64,000 nucleotides of DNA from Caldisericaceae bacterium (GTDB lineage Bacteria > Caldisericota > Caldisericia > Caldisericales > Caldisericaceae): contig JBMFRX010000002.1 in assembly GCA_049967855.1 (NCBI GenBank), forward strand, positions 1 through 64,000, in the 5' to 3' direction. Shown one piece after another: positions 26,340-36,596 of the stretch (position 1 is the first letter of the stretch; every line of letters starts with the position of its first letter). The notes under the pieces are model-generated. The model was not told where the DNA came from and did no database searches. It worked only from the letters and a program-made list of their open reading frames with translations. The position numbers and the translations under genes are program-made.

Positions 26340-28682
26340 ATGAAGGAATTTGACCTTAAAGTAGTTGGCCATGATGCAGTAAGACTTGATGGACTCGAGA
26401 AAATCACAGCTACTGCAAAGTACGTTGATGATATTGACCTAGGTCCAAGCATGCTTTATGCGGCAGTTCTTGAAAGCCCTTACGCTCATGCTAAGATTAA
26501 TAGCATTGATACAAGTGAAGCCGAGAAACTCCCTGGTGTACATGCAGTTCTCTATGGAAAGGATTTCCCAGGAAGATTTGGGCTATATCTTAAGGATAAT
26601 CAGTTGTTTCCAACAGATAAGGTTCGCTACGTAGGGCAACAGGTGGCTGCAGTTATCGCATCAAACCAGGAAGTAGCCGATAAAGCTTTGAGCCTGATTA
26701 AAGTGGAATACGAGCCTTTGCCTGTGCTTCAAGACCCTGTGGAAGCGTTCAAGCCCGACGCTATTCTCATTCACCCAGACCTTGGCAGTTATGAAGTCGT
26801 CCCATGGCTTTACCCGCAACCCGGAACAAATGTTGCTCATGTCAGGAAGATTAGAAAGGGAAATGTGGAAAAAGGTTTTGAGGAAGCTGACTATATACTC
26901 GAAGATTGGTATCACGTGCCACATGTTGTCCATGCACCCATAGAGACACATGTTTCTGCTGCACTTTACACTTTGGATGGCAGACTTACAATGTGGAACT
27001 CAACTCAGTCTCCTCATACACAGAGGAATATTCTTGCAAACGTTCTTAAAATGAAGCACAAAGATGTAAGAATTATTGCTCCTTATGTAGGTGGAGGCTT
27101 TGGTGGGAAGGCAGGCGTCAATATGGAAGTCATTGCTGCTGCTTGTGCTATGAAAGTGCCAGGACATCCTGTAAAGATACGGTACACTCGTAAGCAAGAA
27201 TTCCAGAATACCTCACAGCGGCAAGAACTCAAAGCCTACATAAAGATGGGAGTCAAAAAAGATGGGACGATAATTGCCCTTAAGCACCAGCTTTTCTGGG
27301 ATGTTGGAGCATCTGCTGAATATGGGTCTAACGTTGTCAATGCTACAGGTTTTTCAGCCATAGGCCCATACAGGATTCCGAACGTCTGGATTGATTCATA
27401 TGCAATTTACACAAATAGGCCTCCATGCGGAGCCTACAGGGGTTTTGGCTATTCTGAGTTCCATTTTGGTATTGAGAGCCATATTGACAGAGTTGCAAAA
27501 GCTCTGAATATGGATTCTGTAGAATTCAGAAAGAAGAACGCAATTCAGGAAGGAGACACTGTTGCCTATGGAGTTGAAATGGGCCCTACAGGTATACTGA
27601 AATGTATCGACGAAGTGGCCAAAGCAATTGAATGGGGGAAGGAAAGCAAATCAGAAGACCCCAATAAAGTGAGAGCAAAAGGTTTTGCTGCTGCATGGAA
27701 AGCTCCTGCAATGCCAGCAAATGAGTCTTCAGCAGCGTTCATCAAATTCAGCGAAGACGGAAGTATCAATGTGTTGGTTTCTGGTATGGAGCTTGGTCAA
27801 GGTTTTATGACTGCAATGGGCAAAATTGCTGCCGAGGAGCTTGGACTTTCTCTTGATAAGGTGAGGGTAGAGCTTCCTGATACAGATAGGAACCCCTATG
27901 AGTGGCAGACTGTCGCAAGCCATGTTACCTGGAGTTGCGGCAATGCCGTGAGGCGTGCTGCTATTGATGCAAGAGAGCAGATTATCGGAACTGTTTCGAC
28001 TGCGTACCATATAGAAAAGGCGAATCTTTACCTTGAAGATGGTAAGGTAAAATGCTACACGAAGCCTGATTTTGAACTTCCTTTTGAGAAGTTTGTGATT
28101 AATGGGATTGAAATGCCTGATGGAACTTTCCGTGGCGGACCGATACTAGGAAGAGGCGCATTTATGCCAGAGTTTACATCGGCAAAAGTAGATCCTGAAA
28201 CGGGTATGGGTGGACATCCTAATGTACATTATACTACTGGAGCAGGCGCTGTGGAAATTGAGATTGACAAAGAGACAGGCAGAGTTAGAGTGCTCAGAAT
28301 GGCTGAAGCCTTTGATGCAGGGAAAGCTATCAACCCTGACCTTGCAAAAGGGCAAATTGAAGGTGGTTTTGTACAGGGGCTTGGGACAGCTCTGTGGGAA
28401 GAGGTAATGTTTGACGAGAATGGCAAGATACGCAATCCCAATTTTACTGACTACAAGATTCCTACCTCTCTTGATGTGCCTCGCGAGATGCATCCAATTC
28501 TTGTTGAAGTACCTCAGCCAGATGGACCATTTGGAGCAAGAGGCATTGCAGAACATACTATGATACCCGTAATGCCAGCTGTAGCAAATGCAGTCGAGAA
28601 TGCTCTTGGCATAAGAATTAAGAATCCTCCAATTACAGCAGAAAAAATTGTGCAGGCAATGAAGGAAAATTCTGGCAAGTGA
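26340..28682 (+). CDS. Xanthine dehydrogenase-family molybdopterin subunit
   Basis: STQ, GGGFGGK, AYRGFG, ELGQG, GQIEGG, GARGIAE. Confidence 0.93.
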   Translation: MKEFDLKVVGHDAVRLDGLEKITATAKYVDDIDLGPSMLYAAVLESPYAHAKINSIDTSEAEKLPGVHAVLYGKDFPGRFGLYLKDNQLFPTDKVRYVGQQVAAVIASNQEVADKALSLIKVEYEPLPVLQDPVEAFKPDAILIHPDLGSYEVVPWLYPQPGTNVAHVRKIRKGNVEKGFEEADYILEDWYHVPHVVHAPIETHVSAALYTLDGRLTMWNSTQSPHTQRNILANVLKMKHKDVRIIAPYVGGGFGGKAGVNMEVIAAACAMKVPGHPVKIRYTRKQEFQNTSQRQELKAYIKMGVKKDGTIIALKHQLFWDVGASAEYGSNVVNATGFSAIGPYRIPNVWIDSYAIYTNRPPCGAYRGFGYSEFHFGIESHIDRVAKALNMDSVEFRKKNAIQEGDTVAYGVEMGPTGILKCIDEVAKAIEWGKESKSEDPNKVRAKGFAAAWKAPAMPANESSAAFIKFSEDGSINVLVSGMELGQGFMTAMGKIAAEELGLSLDKVRVELPDTDRNPYEWQTVASHVTWSCGNAVRRAAIDAREQIIGTVSTAYHIEKANLYLEDGKVKCYTKPDFELPFEKFVINGIEMPDGTFRGGPILGRGAFMPEFTSAKVDPETGMGGHPNVHYTTGAGAVEIEIDKETGRVRVLRMAEAFDAGKAINPDLAKGQIEGGFVQGLGTALWEEVMFDENGKIRNPNFTDYKIPTSLDVPREMHPILVEVPQPDGPFGARGIAEHTMIPVMPAVANAVENALGIRIKNPPITAEKIVQAMKENSGK

Positions 28683-28695
28683 TTATAATGTAGAA

Positions 28696-28723
28696 AAGGG
28701 GAGTAACGAGAAGGGCTCCCCTT
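28696..28723 (+). terminator. Intergenic stem-loop between the Mo subunit and the permease
   Basis: AAGGGGAG...CTCCCCTT inverted repeat. Confidence 0.45.
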
Positions 28724-28806
28724 CTTAGAAGGTAAAAAGGGGTGATATCAAACAAGAAAATGTGAAAAGTGCGGAGAGAAAAACAAAATTTTAAAGGAGG
28801 CTTTAA

Positions 28807-30213
28807 ATGGCAGAAGAACAAGGTGTCTTCAAGACACGAGTAGTACCATGGCCAGTGGATTCTTATCCACCATGGGGTTTCTCAGTAATCGCTGGGCTCC
28901 AGCACATTCTTACGTTGTTTGGTGCGACGACTCTTGTCCCAATCCTTTTTGGGCAAGCAATGGGAATGGATTCAAAACAGCTTGGGATCCTTATTGCAAC
29001 TGTTTACATGGTAACTGGTATTGCAACGCTTCTACAATGCGACACGAGAGTTGGCTCGGGACTTCCAATTGTTCAGGGCTCATCTTTTTCATTTATTCCA
29101 GCCGCAATGATTATTTTTGACAGTGTCAAGAAAAATGGTGGCGGAGTACCAGAAATGATGCAGGCTCTTGGTGGAGCCCTTTTCTATGGAGGTATCTATG
29201 AGTTGGTAGTTGGCTACTCAGGACTTATAGGACTTCTGAAGAAAGTCATCACTCCAGTCGTCATTGGACCTACGATTATGTTGATTGGCTTTGGACTTGC
29301 AGGAACAGCAGTTTCAACTGCCTCATCCAACTGGATTGTTTCTCTTGCTGGTGTTGCTATCATTCTGACATTAGCTCTTGTTGTTAAGAACAAAAGCATC
29401 AATGCCTTCCCAGTCTTTATTGCAATGGTAGCTCTCTACTTATTTGCTGCTCTTGGAACAGCTGTTGGCTGGTTCCCAGCTGGTAATTCAATGCATGTGA
29501 ACTTCCAGGCAATCGGTGAGGCACCGTGGCTTGTCTTCCCAACAGTATTCCGTTGGGGAAGCATTGGACAGACTCTAAAATTCAATACCCTTGCATTCAC
29601 GGCAATTCTTGCCGCTTATACTTCTTCAATGATTGAGTCATTTGGAGACTATCACAGCATAAGCTATGCCTCAGGGCTTCCTGACCCATCTGCAAAGACT
29701 ATCTCTATGGGTATCGGTTCAGAAGGGCTTGGCTGCATCATCTCAGGCATGATGGGCGGCGTTGGAACTACAAGCTATACCGAAAACATCGGTATCGTTG
29801 CTCTCACTGGTATTGCATCAAGAAGAGTCATAAGAACTGGTGCTGTAATACTGATCGTCCTTGGATTCCTCTGGAAGTTTGGTACAATCATAGGCACTAT
29901 TCCTTCACCGATTATTGGCTCAGCTTATCTCTCATTGTTTGGCCTTATCGGTGCTCTTGGACTTCAGGTATTCACTCGTGCAGATGTAACCTCGACAAGA
30001 AACCTTCTTATTTTTGGAGTTGCGTTTACGATGGGTCTTGGACTTCCAGGTTGGATGGCTCAGCATACCGTTGCATTTGCAAATGCAGAATGGCTTGCGG
30101 GCATTATTAATGGACTTTTGAAAAATGGAATGGCAGTTGGTGGTGTCACTGCAGCTATTCTTGATAACTTTATCCCTGGCACGCCAAAAGAGAGAGGAAT
30201 TGGCATAAGGTAA
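28807..30213 (+). CDS. NCS2-family uracil/xanthine permease
   Basis: GLQH, LPIVQGSSF, ESFGD, TTSYTENIG....TGIASR NAT signature. Confidence 0.92.
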   Translation: MAEEQGVFKTRVVPWPVDSYPPWGFSVIAGLQHILTLFGATTLVPILFGQAMGMDSKQLGILIATVYMVTGIATLLQCDTRVGSGLPIVQGSSFSFIPAAMIIFDSVKKNGGGVPEMMQALGGALFYGGIYELVVGYSGLIGLLKKVITPVVIGPTIMLIGFGLAGTAVSTASSNWIVSLAGVAIILTLALVVKNKSINAFPVFIAMVALYLFAALGTAVGWFPAGNSMHVNFQAIGEAPWLVFPTVFRWGSIGQTLKFNTLAFTAILAAYTSSMIESFGDYHSISYASGLPDPSAKTISMGIGSEGLGCIISGMMGGVGTTSYTENIGIVALTGIASRRVIRTGAVILIVLGFLWKFGTIIGTIPSPIIGSAYLSLFGLIGALGLQVFTRADVTSTRNLLIFGVAFTMGLGLPGWMAQHTVAFANAEWLAGIINGLLKNGMAVGGVTAAILDNFIPGTPKERGIGIR

Positions 30214-30237
30214 TTATTTAGGAATTTTGCATTGCTT

Positions 30238-30266
30238 AGAGGGAGACTGAGTCTCCCTCTTTTTTT
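30238..30266 (+). terminator. Rho-independent terminator closing the catabolic cluster
   Basis: AGAGGGAGAC-tga-GTCTCCCTCT followed by TTTTTT. Confidence 0.85.
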
Positions 30267-30307
30267 GGCTATTCGACAGGCGATAGATTGAAAATTCATA
30301 TAACCAC

Positions 30308-30335
30308 TTGATTTTTTATTTCATTTATATACAAT
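30308..30335 (+). promoter_or_regulatory. Promoter of the tRNA operon
   Basis: TTGATT-16 bp-TACAAT, 40 nt before tRNA-Pro. Confidence 0.55.
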
Positions 30336-30375
30336 ATGAAATGCGCAAAGTGCAGTATGTTGGTGGTTGAACGTT

Positions 30376-30452
30376 CGGGGTGTGGCGTAGTTTGGTAACG
30401 CGCATGGTTTGGGACCATGAGACCGGTGGTTCGAATCCACTCGCCCCGACCA
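30376..30452 (+). tRNA. tRNA-Pro(TGG)
   Basis: Cloverleaf; CATGG-TT-TGG-GA-CCATG; GTTCGAATC; encoded CCA. Confidence 0.95.
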
Positions 30453-30457
30453 TAGAA

Positions 30458-30534
30458 GCGCCCATAGCTCAGTAGGATAGAGCAACGGATTTCTAATCCG
30501 TCGGTCGCTGGTTCGAATCCGGCTGGGCGCGCCA
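30458..30534 (+). tRNA. tRNA-Arg(TCT)
   Basis: ACGGA-TT-TCT-AA-TCCGT; encoded CCA. Confidence 0.95.
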
Positions 30535-30537
30535 GAT

Positions 30538-30614
30538 GGTGGGTGTAGCTCAACTGGTAGAGTATCGGACTGTGGATCCGACCGTTGGGAGTTCGAGCCT
30601 CCTCACCCACCCCA
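30538..30614 (+). tRNA. tRNA-His(GTG)
   Basis: TCGGA-CT-GTG-GA-TCCGA; encoded G-1 and C73; CCA. Confidence 0.95.
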
Positions 30615-30629
30615 CAGGAATGCGAATGT

Positions 30630-30706
30630 GCGCCCATAGCTCAGTAGGATAGAGCGGCGGATTCCTAATCCACAGGCCACAGGTTCGAATCCTGTTGGGC
30701 GCACCA
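30630..30706 (+). tRNA. tRNA-Arg(CCT)
   Basis: GCGGA-TT-CCT-AA-TCCAC (one C.A mismatch); CCA. Confidence 0.92.
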
Positions 30707-30713
30707 GTAAGAT

Positions 30714-30790
30714 GCGCCTATAGCTCAAATGGATAGAGCGACGGACTTCGGATCCGTTGGTTGCGGGTTCGACTCCTGCTAGGCGCGCCA
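30714..30790 (+). tRNA. tRNA-Arg(TCG)
   Basis: ACGGA-CT-TCG-GA-TCCGT; CCA. Confidence 0.95.
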
Positions 30791-30800
30791 TTTTATATGT

Positions 30801-30876
30801 GGGTTCTTAGCTCAATTGGTAGAGCAACGGACTCTTAATCCGTAGGTTGCGGGTTCGATCCCCGCAGAACCCACCA
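30801..30876 (+). tRNA. tRNA-Lys(CTT)
   Basis: ACGGA-CT-CTT-AA-TCCGT; CCA. Confidence 0.95.
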
Positions 30877-31113
30877 TAAACATTTTTTAGTAATTTTTCC
30901 CTGAGTCTTTAAGGAATTCTTGAATGTTCCCAGTTTTTTTAGAATTCCTTAAAAATGCGCAGGGAATTTCTATTTTATAGCTAAAACCCTTTATGTTTTG
31001 CTTAAGTTAATTGCGTTATTTTATTTTTTGTATATAATTTAATGGTTAAAGACAAATTTTGCATTAATTTACAAAGAAAATTTGCTTTTTGCAAAAGTTT
31101 TGTTTGCGCTTTT

Positions 31114-31198
31114 GCGAGGGTGGCGGAATTGGCAGACGCGCTGGACTTAGGATCCAGTGAGGCAACTCTTGCGGGTTCAAGTCCCGCCCTTCGCACCA
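31114..31198 (+). tRNA. tRNA-Leu(TAG)
   Basis: CTGGA-CT-TAG-GA-TCCAG; long variable arm; CCA; usual position upstream of tig. Confidence 0.95.
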
Positions 31199-31218
31199 AT
31201 TAAACTAAGGGGTGAAAG

Positions 31219-32436
31219 ATGGATTATACAGTAAAAGAGAAAACTCAATCCAAGATTGTTTTTGATGTCAAGAACAATAAAGATGAGATTGAAAAGACAA
31301 AATTAGAAGCATACCAGAAGCTGTCAAAAGATGTGAGGATTCCTGGTTTCAGAAAAGGCAAAGCACCATATGATGTAGGGGCAGCGTTCATTGGAGAAGC
31401 GAATTTGCTTGAGGAAACACTTAAAATACTACTTGACAGGGCTTATGTTGAGCTTCTTGAGAAGGAAAAAATATCGCCAATCGACGATCCTGAAGTTAAT
31501 GTCGATAAATTTGAGAATGATTCTTTTGAATACACTGTAACAGTTGAATTCCTTCCAGAAATTGCAATAGACTTCGACAAGAAAATAGAATTGGATGTTG
31601 ATAACAGCGCATCAGAGGAAGAAGTTAAAGGAAAAATGCAGGAACTTGTTGACTCTTTCACTCAGATTAGACCTGTTGAAAAGCCTGTTGAAGTTGGCGA
31701 TATAGTTGAAGTTGGTTATTCTGTAGACGGCAAAGAAACGAAGAATCTTACTTTAGAAGTTGGCAAGGAGCGCGTAGTCGGAAACTTCAATGAGCAAATT
31801 CTTGGCAAAAAGAAAGGCGATACATTTACTGTAATTACCGAGTCAACTTCAATTCAATTTACTGTTGTCGAAGTAAAAGAAAAAATTGTCCCCGTGGTAA
31901 ATGATGAATTTGCAAAGGAAGCTGGCTTTGATAGCCTTGAGAGCTTGAACGAAAAAATCAAGAAGGAAATCTCCGAAAACAAGAGACTGCAAGCAGAGGA
32001 AATGAGAGGAAACACTGCTCTTACTAAAATTGCTGAGTCTATTGATATTGAACTTCCCAGGAAATTTATTGAGCATGATGTCGATGATCGCATAAAAGAA
32101 CTCGAAAAAAATTATCTTAAGAGGGGTTATAAACTTGAAGAAGTGCTCAAGAAAGAAGGAAAAACCATTGAAGACCTTCGAAAAGAGATTGAGAAACAAT
32201 CAGAAAAAGACTTAAAAGAGGATTTGGTATTAAGGTCGCTTATCTTGAAGAAAGATATACAGGTTACTGATGACGAAATAAAAGATGAATTTAACCACAT
32301 TGTTGAAACCGAACTTGCAGGCAAAAAAGTTGCCTTAACAGATGATCTTAAGAAATACATAAGACAGGAGATACTTCGTTCTAAAGCAGTTTCAATATTA
32401 AAAGAAAATGCTATAATTAAAACGGGAGGTGAGTGA
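31219..32436 (+). CDS. tig: Trigger factor
   Basis: [10 protein letters not shown] ribosome-binding signature; tRNA-Leu-tig-clpP-clpX-lon synteny. Confidence 0.93.
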   Translation: MDYTVKEKTQSKIVFDVKNNKDEIEKTKLEAYQKLSKDVRIPGFRKGKAPYDVGAAFIGEANLLEETLKILLDRAYVELLEKEKISPIDDPEVNVDKFENDSFEYTVTVEFLPEIAIDFDKKIELDVDNSASEEEVKGKMQELVDSFTQIRPVEKPVEVGDIVEVGYSVDGKETKNLTLEVGKERVVGNFNEQILGKKKGDTFTVITESTSIQFTVVEVKEKIVPVVNDEFAKEAGFDSLESLNEKIKKEISENKRLQAEEMRGNTALTKIAESIDIELPRKFIEHDVDDRIKELEKNYLKRGYKLEEVLKKEGKTIEDLRKEIEKQSEKDLKEDLVLRSLILKKDIQVTDDEIKDEFNHIVETELAGKKVALTDDLKKYIRQEILRSKAVSILKENAIIKTGGE

Positions 32437-33040
32437 CTTGCCTATTATTCCGTATGTTATTGAAACAACCGGCAGAGGAGAACGTAGTTACGATCTTTAT
32501 TCAAGACTTCTAAAAGATAGGATTATTTTCCTAACAGGAGAGATAGACGGTATCCAGTCTGATTTAATTGTTGCAGAACTTCTTTTCCTTGAGGCACAGG
32601 ACCCTTCCCAGGATATTTATCTCTACATAAACAGTCCAGGAGGCGAAGTTACACCTGGTATGGCAATTTATGATACAATGCAGTATATAAAAGCTCCTGT
32701 TGCCACAATTTGTCTTGGACAAGCTGCTTCCCTGGGTGCAATTATTCTTGCTTCGGGGGCACCTGGCAAACGATTTGCACTTCCTCATTCGAGGATACTT
32801 ATCCACCAGCCCTGGGGAGGTACTCAAGGGCAAGCAACTGACATTGAAATTCAGGCACGCGAGATGCTTAGAATAAAGCAAATGATAAATGAGATACTTG
32901 CAAAACACACTCATCAGACAATCGAAAAGGTGCAGAAAGACACCGAGAGAGATTACTATATGTCTCCAGAGGAAGCAAAAGAATATGGATTAATCGACAG
33001 TATTGTGGAGCGTTCGCTTGAGCTTGGGGGTAAAGAATAG
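32429..33040 (+). CDS. clpP: ATP-dependent Clp protease proteolytic subunit
   Basis: [36 protein letters not shown]. Confidence 0.97.
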   Translation: MSDLPIIPYVIETTGRGERSYDLYSRLLKDRIIFLTGEIDGIQSDLIVAELLFLEAQDPSQDIYLYINSPGGEVTPGMAIYDTMQYIKAPVATICLGQAASLGAIILASGAPGKRFALPHSRILIHQPWGGTQGQATDIEIQAREMLRIKQMINEILAKHTHQTIEKVQKDTERDYYMSPEEAKEYGLIDSIVERSLELGGKE

Positions 33041-34269
33041 TGTCTTCAGATGAACCTAGATGCTCGTTCTGTGGAAAGAGCCATTTAGATGTAAAAAGGC
33101 TAATTGCAGGGCCTAACGGAGTTTATATATGCGACGAGTGCCTTACTAAGGCGTATCGAATTCTTCAGGCATCTGAAAAGGAGAACCATTTAAAGCAGAT
33201 AAAAGACCTCCCGAGTCCTCCAGAGATTTATGCAGAACTTGATAGATATATAATTGGCCAGGAAAGCGCAAAGAAAACTATTTCTGTTGCTGCTTATAAC
33301 CACTACAAGAGAATAATTTCAAATAAAGATGAGAACACTTTTATCGAGAAGAGTAATGTTCTTCTGATAGGGCCAACAGGCTCTGGGAAAACGCTGTTTG
33401 CTCAAGTGCTTTCCAAAATTATTGGGGTTCCACTTGCGATTGCGGATGCCACTTCCATAACAGAAGCAGGTTACGTTGGTGAAGATGTGGAGTCAATTAT
33501 ACAAAGGTTGCTCCAGGTTGTTGATTATGATGTGAACAAAGCTGAAGAAGGCATTGTTTATATTGATGAGATTGACAAGATAGCACGAAAAAGTGAAAAT
33601 CCTTCTATCACAAGAGATGTATCAGGAGAAGGAGTGCAGCAAGGTCTATTGAAGATACTTGAAGGCACAACTGCCAATGTACCGCCTCAAGGAGGCCGCA
33701 AACATCCCTACCAGGAGTTTATTAAAGTTAATACCAAGGATATACTTTTCATTGGGGGCGGTACTTTCGAGGGAATCGACAGGGTGATTGAAGAACGCAC
33801 AAGCAAGAGAAAAATTGGTTTCAGAGGAGAACAAAGCGATGATTCAGGCAATACCAAAATTATCCCTCATGACCTGATTAAGTTTGGTATGATTCCAGAA
33901 TTTGTTGGACGTTTCCCTATTGTTGCGACACTTGGAAAGTTAACGCACAAGGAACTTGTAAGAATACTCACTGAGCCTAAAAATGCAATAATATCACAGT
34001 ATAAGAAGATGTTTGCCCTCGATGGAGTTGAACTCGAATTTGAGCAAAGTGCACTTGAATATGTTGCCGATAGAGCAGTTGAGCTCAATATAGGAGCAAG
34101 AGGATTAAGGTCAATTTTAGAGCAATCAATGATTGAATTGATGTATATGGTTCCAGAAATGGAGCAGGTGAAGAAGTGTATTGTCACTGAAGGATTCCTT
34201 GAAGGAACTGAGGGCGTCGTATTTTTAGACGCAAGCGGAAAAAGAGTTGAGCAGAGAAAAATAGCATAG
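33040..34269 (+). CDS. clpX: Clp protease ATP-binding subunit ClpX
   Basis: CSFCGK/CDEC zinc finger, [23 protein letters not shown] loop. Confidence 0.97.
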   Translation: MSSDEPRCSFCGKSHLDVKRLIAGPNGVYICDECLTKAYRILQASEKENHLKQIKDLPSPPEIYAELDRYIIGQESAKKTISVAAYNHYKRIISNKDENTFIEKSNVLLIGPTGSGKTLFAQVLSKIIGVPLAIADATSITEAGYVGEDVESIIQRLLQVVDYDVNKAEEGIVYIDEIDKIARKSENPSITRDVSGEGVQQGLLKILEGTTANVPPQGGRKHPYQEFIKVNTKDILFIGGGTFEGIDRVIEERTSKRKIGFRGEQSDDSGNTKIIPHDLIKFGMIPEFVGRFPIVATLGKLTHKELVRILTEPKNAIISQYKKMFALDGVELEFEQSALEYVADRAVELNIGARGLRSILEQSMIELMYMVPEMEQVKKCIVTEGFLEGTEGVVFLDASGKRVEQRKIA

Positions 34270-34277
34270 GAGGTTTT

Positions 34278-36596
34278 ATGGATAAGAATTGGAATTTAGC
34301 AGAAGCACCTTTCATTCCATTGCGCAATGTTGTTTTATTTCCATATACTGTTGTGCCGCTGACAGTTGGAAGAATGAAGTCTGTTAATGCAATAGAACAG
34401 GCTTTGGCACATAACAAGATGATTGTTGTTGCAACACAGAAGAACGGGCTGGTTGAGGACCCAGAGCCTGGAGATGTATACGACGTAGGTGTGGGATGTG
34501 AAATAGTGCAGGTCCTCAAACTACCCGACGGGACCTATAGGATTCTGGTTGATGGTCTTAAGCGAGTAAAAATAACTAACTTTGATACTTCAAGAGACTT
34601 CTGGAGTGTTTCCGTTAGCCCAATTGAAGATATCGAAGAACAATCTATTGAAGTTGAGGCACTCACAAGAGGCGTTTCAGAGAGGTTTGCTATTTACTCT
34701 GAGATGAACAAAAAGGTGCCTCAGGAAGCAATTGTCAACATCTCAAACGTTGAAACAATCGAGAAATTTATTTCAATGGTTGCCTCGAACTTGTTTGTTC
34801 CTGTTGAGGATAAACAGAGAATTTTGGATGAACCTGATACAAAAAAGCAGCTTAAAGATCTCATTACTTTGCTTGAAAAAGAGAATATTATTCTTGAAAT
34901 TGCCCAAAAGATAGATGATGAAGTTAGGAATAAGATTGAGAAAAGCCAGAAAGAGTATTACCTGCGAGAAAAATTGAAGGAGATTGAAAAGGAACTCGGC
35001 GAAGAAGGAGAAGGAGTCGGAATTGTTTCTGAAATTAAGAGGAAGCTTAAAGGCAGAAAGCTTCCTAAATATGTTTCTGATAGAGTTAATGAAGAGATTG
35101 ATAAACTGAAACGTACTCCTGTTTTGAGCCCAGAGAGTGGCGTTATTCAGAATTACCTTGATTGGTTAATTTCTCTCCCCTGGGATAAGAGCACTGTTGA
35201 CACTGTTGATGTTGTGAAAGCAAAAGAAGTTCTTGATAAGAATCATTATGATCTTGCTGATGTGAAAGAGCGAATCGTAGAATTGATTGCTGTTAAGAAG
35301 CTCAAAAAAGATTTAAAAGGTCCCATAATTTGCTTTGTCGGGCCTCCAGGAGTTGGAAAGACTTCTCTTGGGAAATCTATTGCAGAGGCTTTAGGTAGAA
35401 AATTTGTCAGAATGTCTCTCGGAGGAATACGCGACGAAGCTGAGATTAGAGGACACAGGCGTACCTATGTAGGAGCACTTCCTGGAAGGATAATTCAGGG
35501 AATAAGAACAGCAGGTGTCAAGAACCCCGTGTTTCTGCTTGACGAAATTGACAAGGTTGGGGCAGATTTCAGAGGAGACCCCACTGCTGCTTTATTGGAG
35601 GCGTTGGACCCAGAGCAAAATAATACTTTCTCAGATAATTATCTCGAACTTCCTTTTGATTTGTCTGAGGTACTTTTTATTACAACTGCAAATATGATAG
35701 ATACTATACCGCCTGCTCTGCTCGATAGAATGGAAATGATAATGCTTCCAGGATACATTGACGAGGAGAAGCTGCACATAGCTAAAGAATTCATTATTCC
35801 TAAGCAAATCAAAGAACACGGACTTGAAAAGACAGACGTTGAATTTTCAGATGAAGCAATTTTAAGAATCATAAATGAATATACAAGGGAAGCAGGACTC
35901 CGTAACCTTGAGCGTTCAGTAATGAAGGTCCTTAGGAAGGTTGCGAAGCAGAAAGCTCAGGATGGGAGTTTGCATTTGCGTATTACCGAGAAGAAACTTA
36001 CAAAGTATCTCGGAGCGCCCGACTTTATGAGGGAATCTGCTGAGAATAGGAATTTGATTGGCGTTGCTTGTGGGATGGTGGTAACTCAAGCTGGCGGTGA
36101 TATTGTATACATAGAGGCGACAAAAATGCAAGGGAAGGGAGCGCTTCTCTTAACTGGTCAGCTTGGAGATGTTATGAAGGAAAGTGCTCAGGCTGCGATG
36201 AGTTATATCAGGACTTACGCAGATAGGCTTGGGGTTCCTCAGGACTTCTACGATAAGTTTGATGTGCACGTTCATGTACCTGAAGGCGCAGTTCCTAAGG
36301 AGGGACCATCAGCAGGAGTTACTATTTTTGTTGCGCTTGTTTCAGTGCTCAAAGGAAAATCAGTTAATAAAGATGTTGCAATGACAGGTGAAATAACCCT
36401 TCGAGGAAGAGTTCTGCCTGTCGGTGGGATAAAAGAAAAAGTGCTTGGAGCTTACAGGGCTGGTATAAGAAAGATTATACTTCCGAAGGCAAATGAAAAA
36501 GACCTTGAGGAAGTGCCTAAGGCGGTATCAAAGAAAATTGAGTTTTATCTAATAGACAACGTTGAGGAGGCGTTAAAAGTTAGTCTGGAAGAATAA
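34278..36596 (+). CDS. lon: Lon protease
   Basis: GPPGVGKTS, RGHRRTYVG, PKEGPSAG, GGIKEK. Confidence 0.97.
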   Translation: MDKNWNLAEAPFIPLRNVVLFPYTVVPLTVGRMKSVNAIEQALAHNKMIVVATQKNGLVEDPEPGDVYDVGVGCEIVQVLKLPDGTYRILVDGLKRVKITNFDTSRDFWSVSVSPIEDIEEQSIEVEALTRGVSERFAIYSEMNKKVPQEAIVNISNVETIEKFISMVASNLFVPVEDKQRILDEPDTKKQLKDLITLLEKENIILEIAQKIDDEVRNKIEKSQKEYYLREKLKEIEKELGEEGEGVGIVSEIKRKLKGRKLPKYVSDRVNEEIDKLKRTPVLSPESGVIQNYLDWLISLPWDKSTVDTVDVVKAKEVLDKNHYDLADVKERIVELIAVKKLKKDLKGPIICFVGPPGVGKTSLGKSIAEALGRKFVRMSLGGIRDEAEIRGHRRTYVGALPGRIIQGIRTAGVKNPVFLLDEIDKVGADFRGDPTAALLEALDPEQNNTFSDNYLELPFDLSEVLFITTANMIDTIPPALLDRMEMIMLPGYIDEEKLHIAKEFIIPKQIKEHGLEKTDVEFSDEAILRIINEYTREAGLRNLERSVMKVLRKVAKQKAQDGSLHLRITEKKLTKYLGAPDFMRESAENRNLIGVACGMVVTQAGGDIVYIEATKMQGKGALLLTGQLGDVMKESAQAAMSYIRTYADRLGVPQDFYDKFDVHVHVPEGAVPKEGPSAGVTIFVALVSVLKGKSVNKDVAMTGEITLRGRVLPVGGIKEKVLGAYRAGIRKIILPKANEKDLEEVPKAVSKKIEFYLIDNVEEALKVSLEE

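Noticed and set aside
30656..30674. tRNA-Arg(CCT) as a pseudogene because of a C.A mismatch in the anticodon stem
   Set aside because: A single mismatch is tolerated; the other arms and the CCA end are intact.
30296..31199. ORFs 30296-30637, 30603-30791 and 31002-31199 from the ORF track
   Set aside because: They are antisense shadows of tRNA genes.
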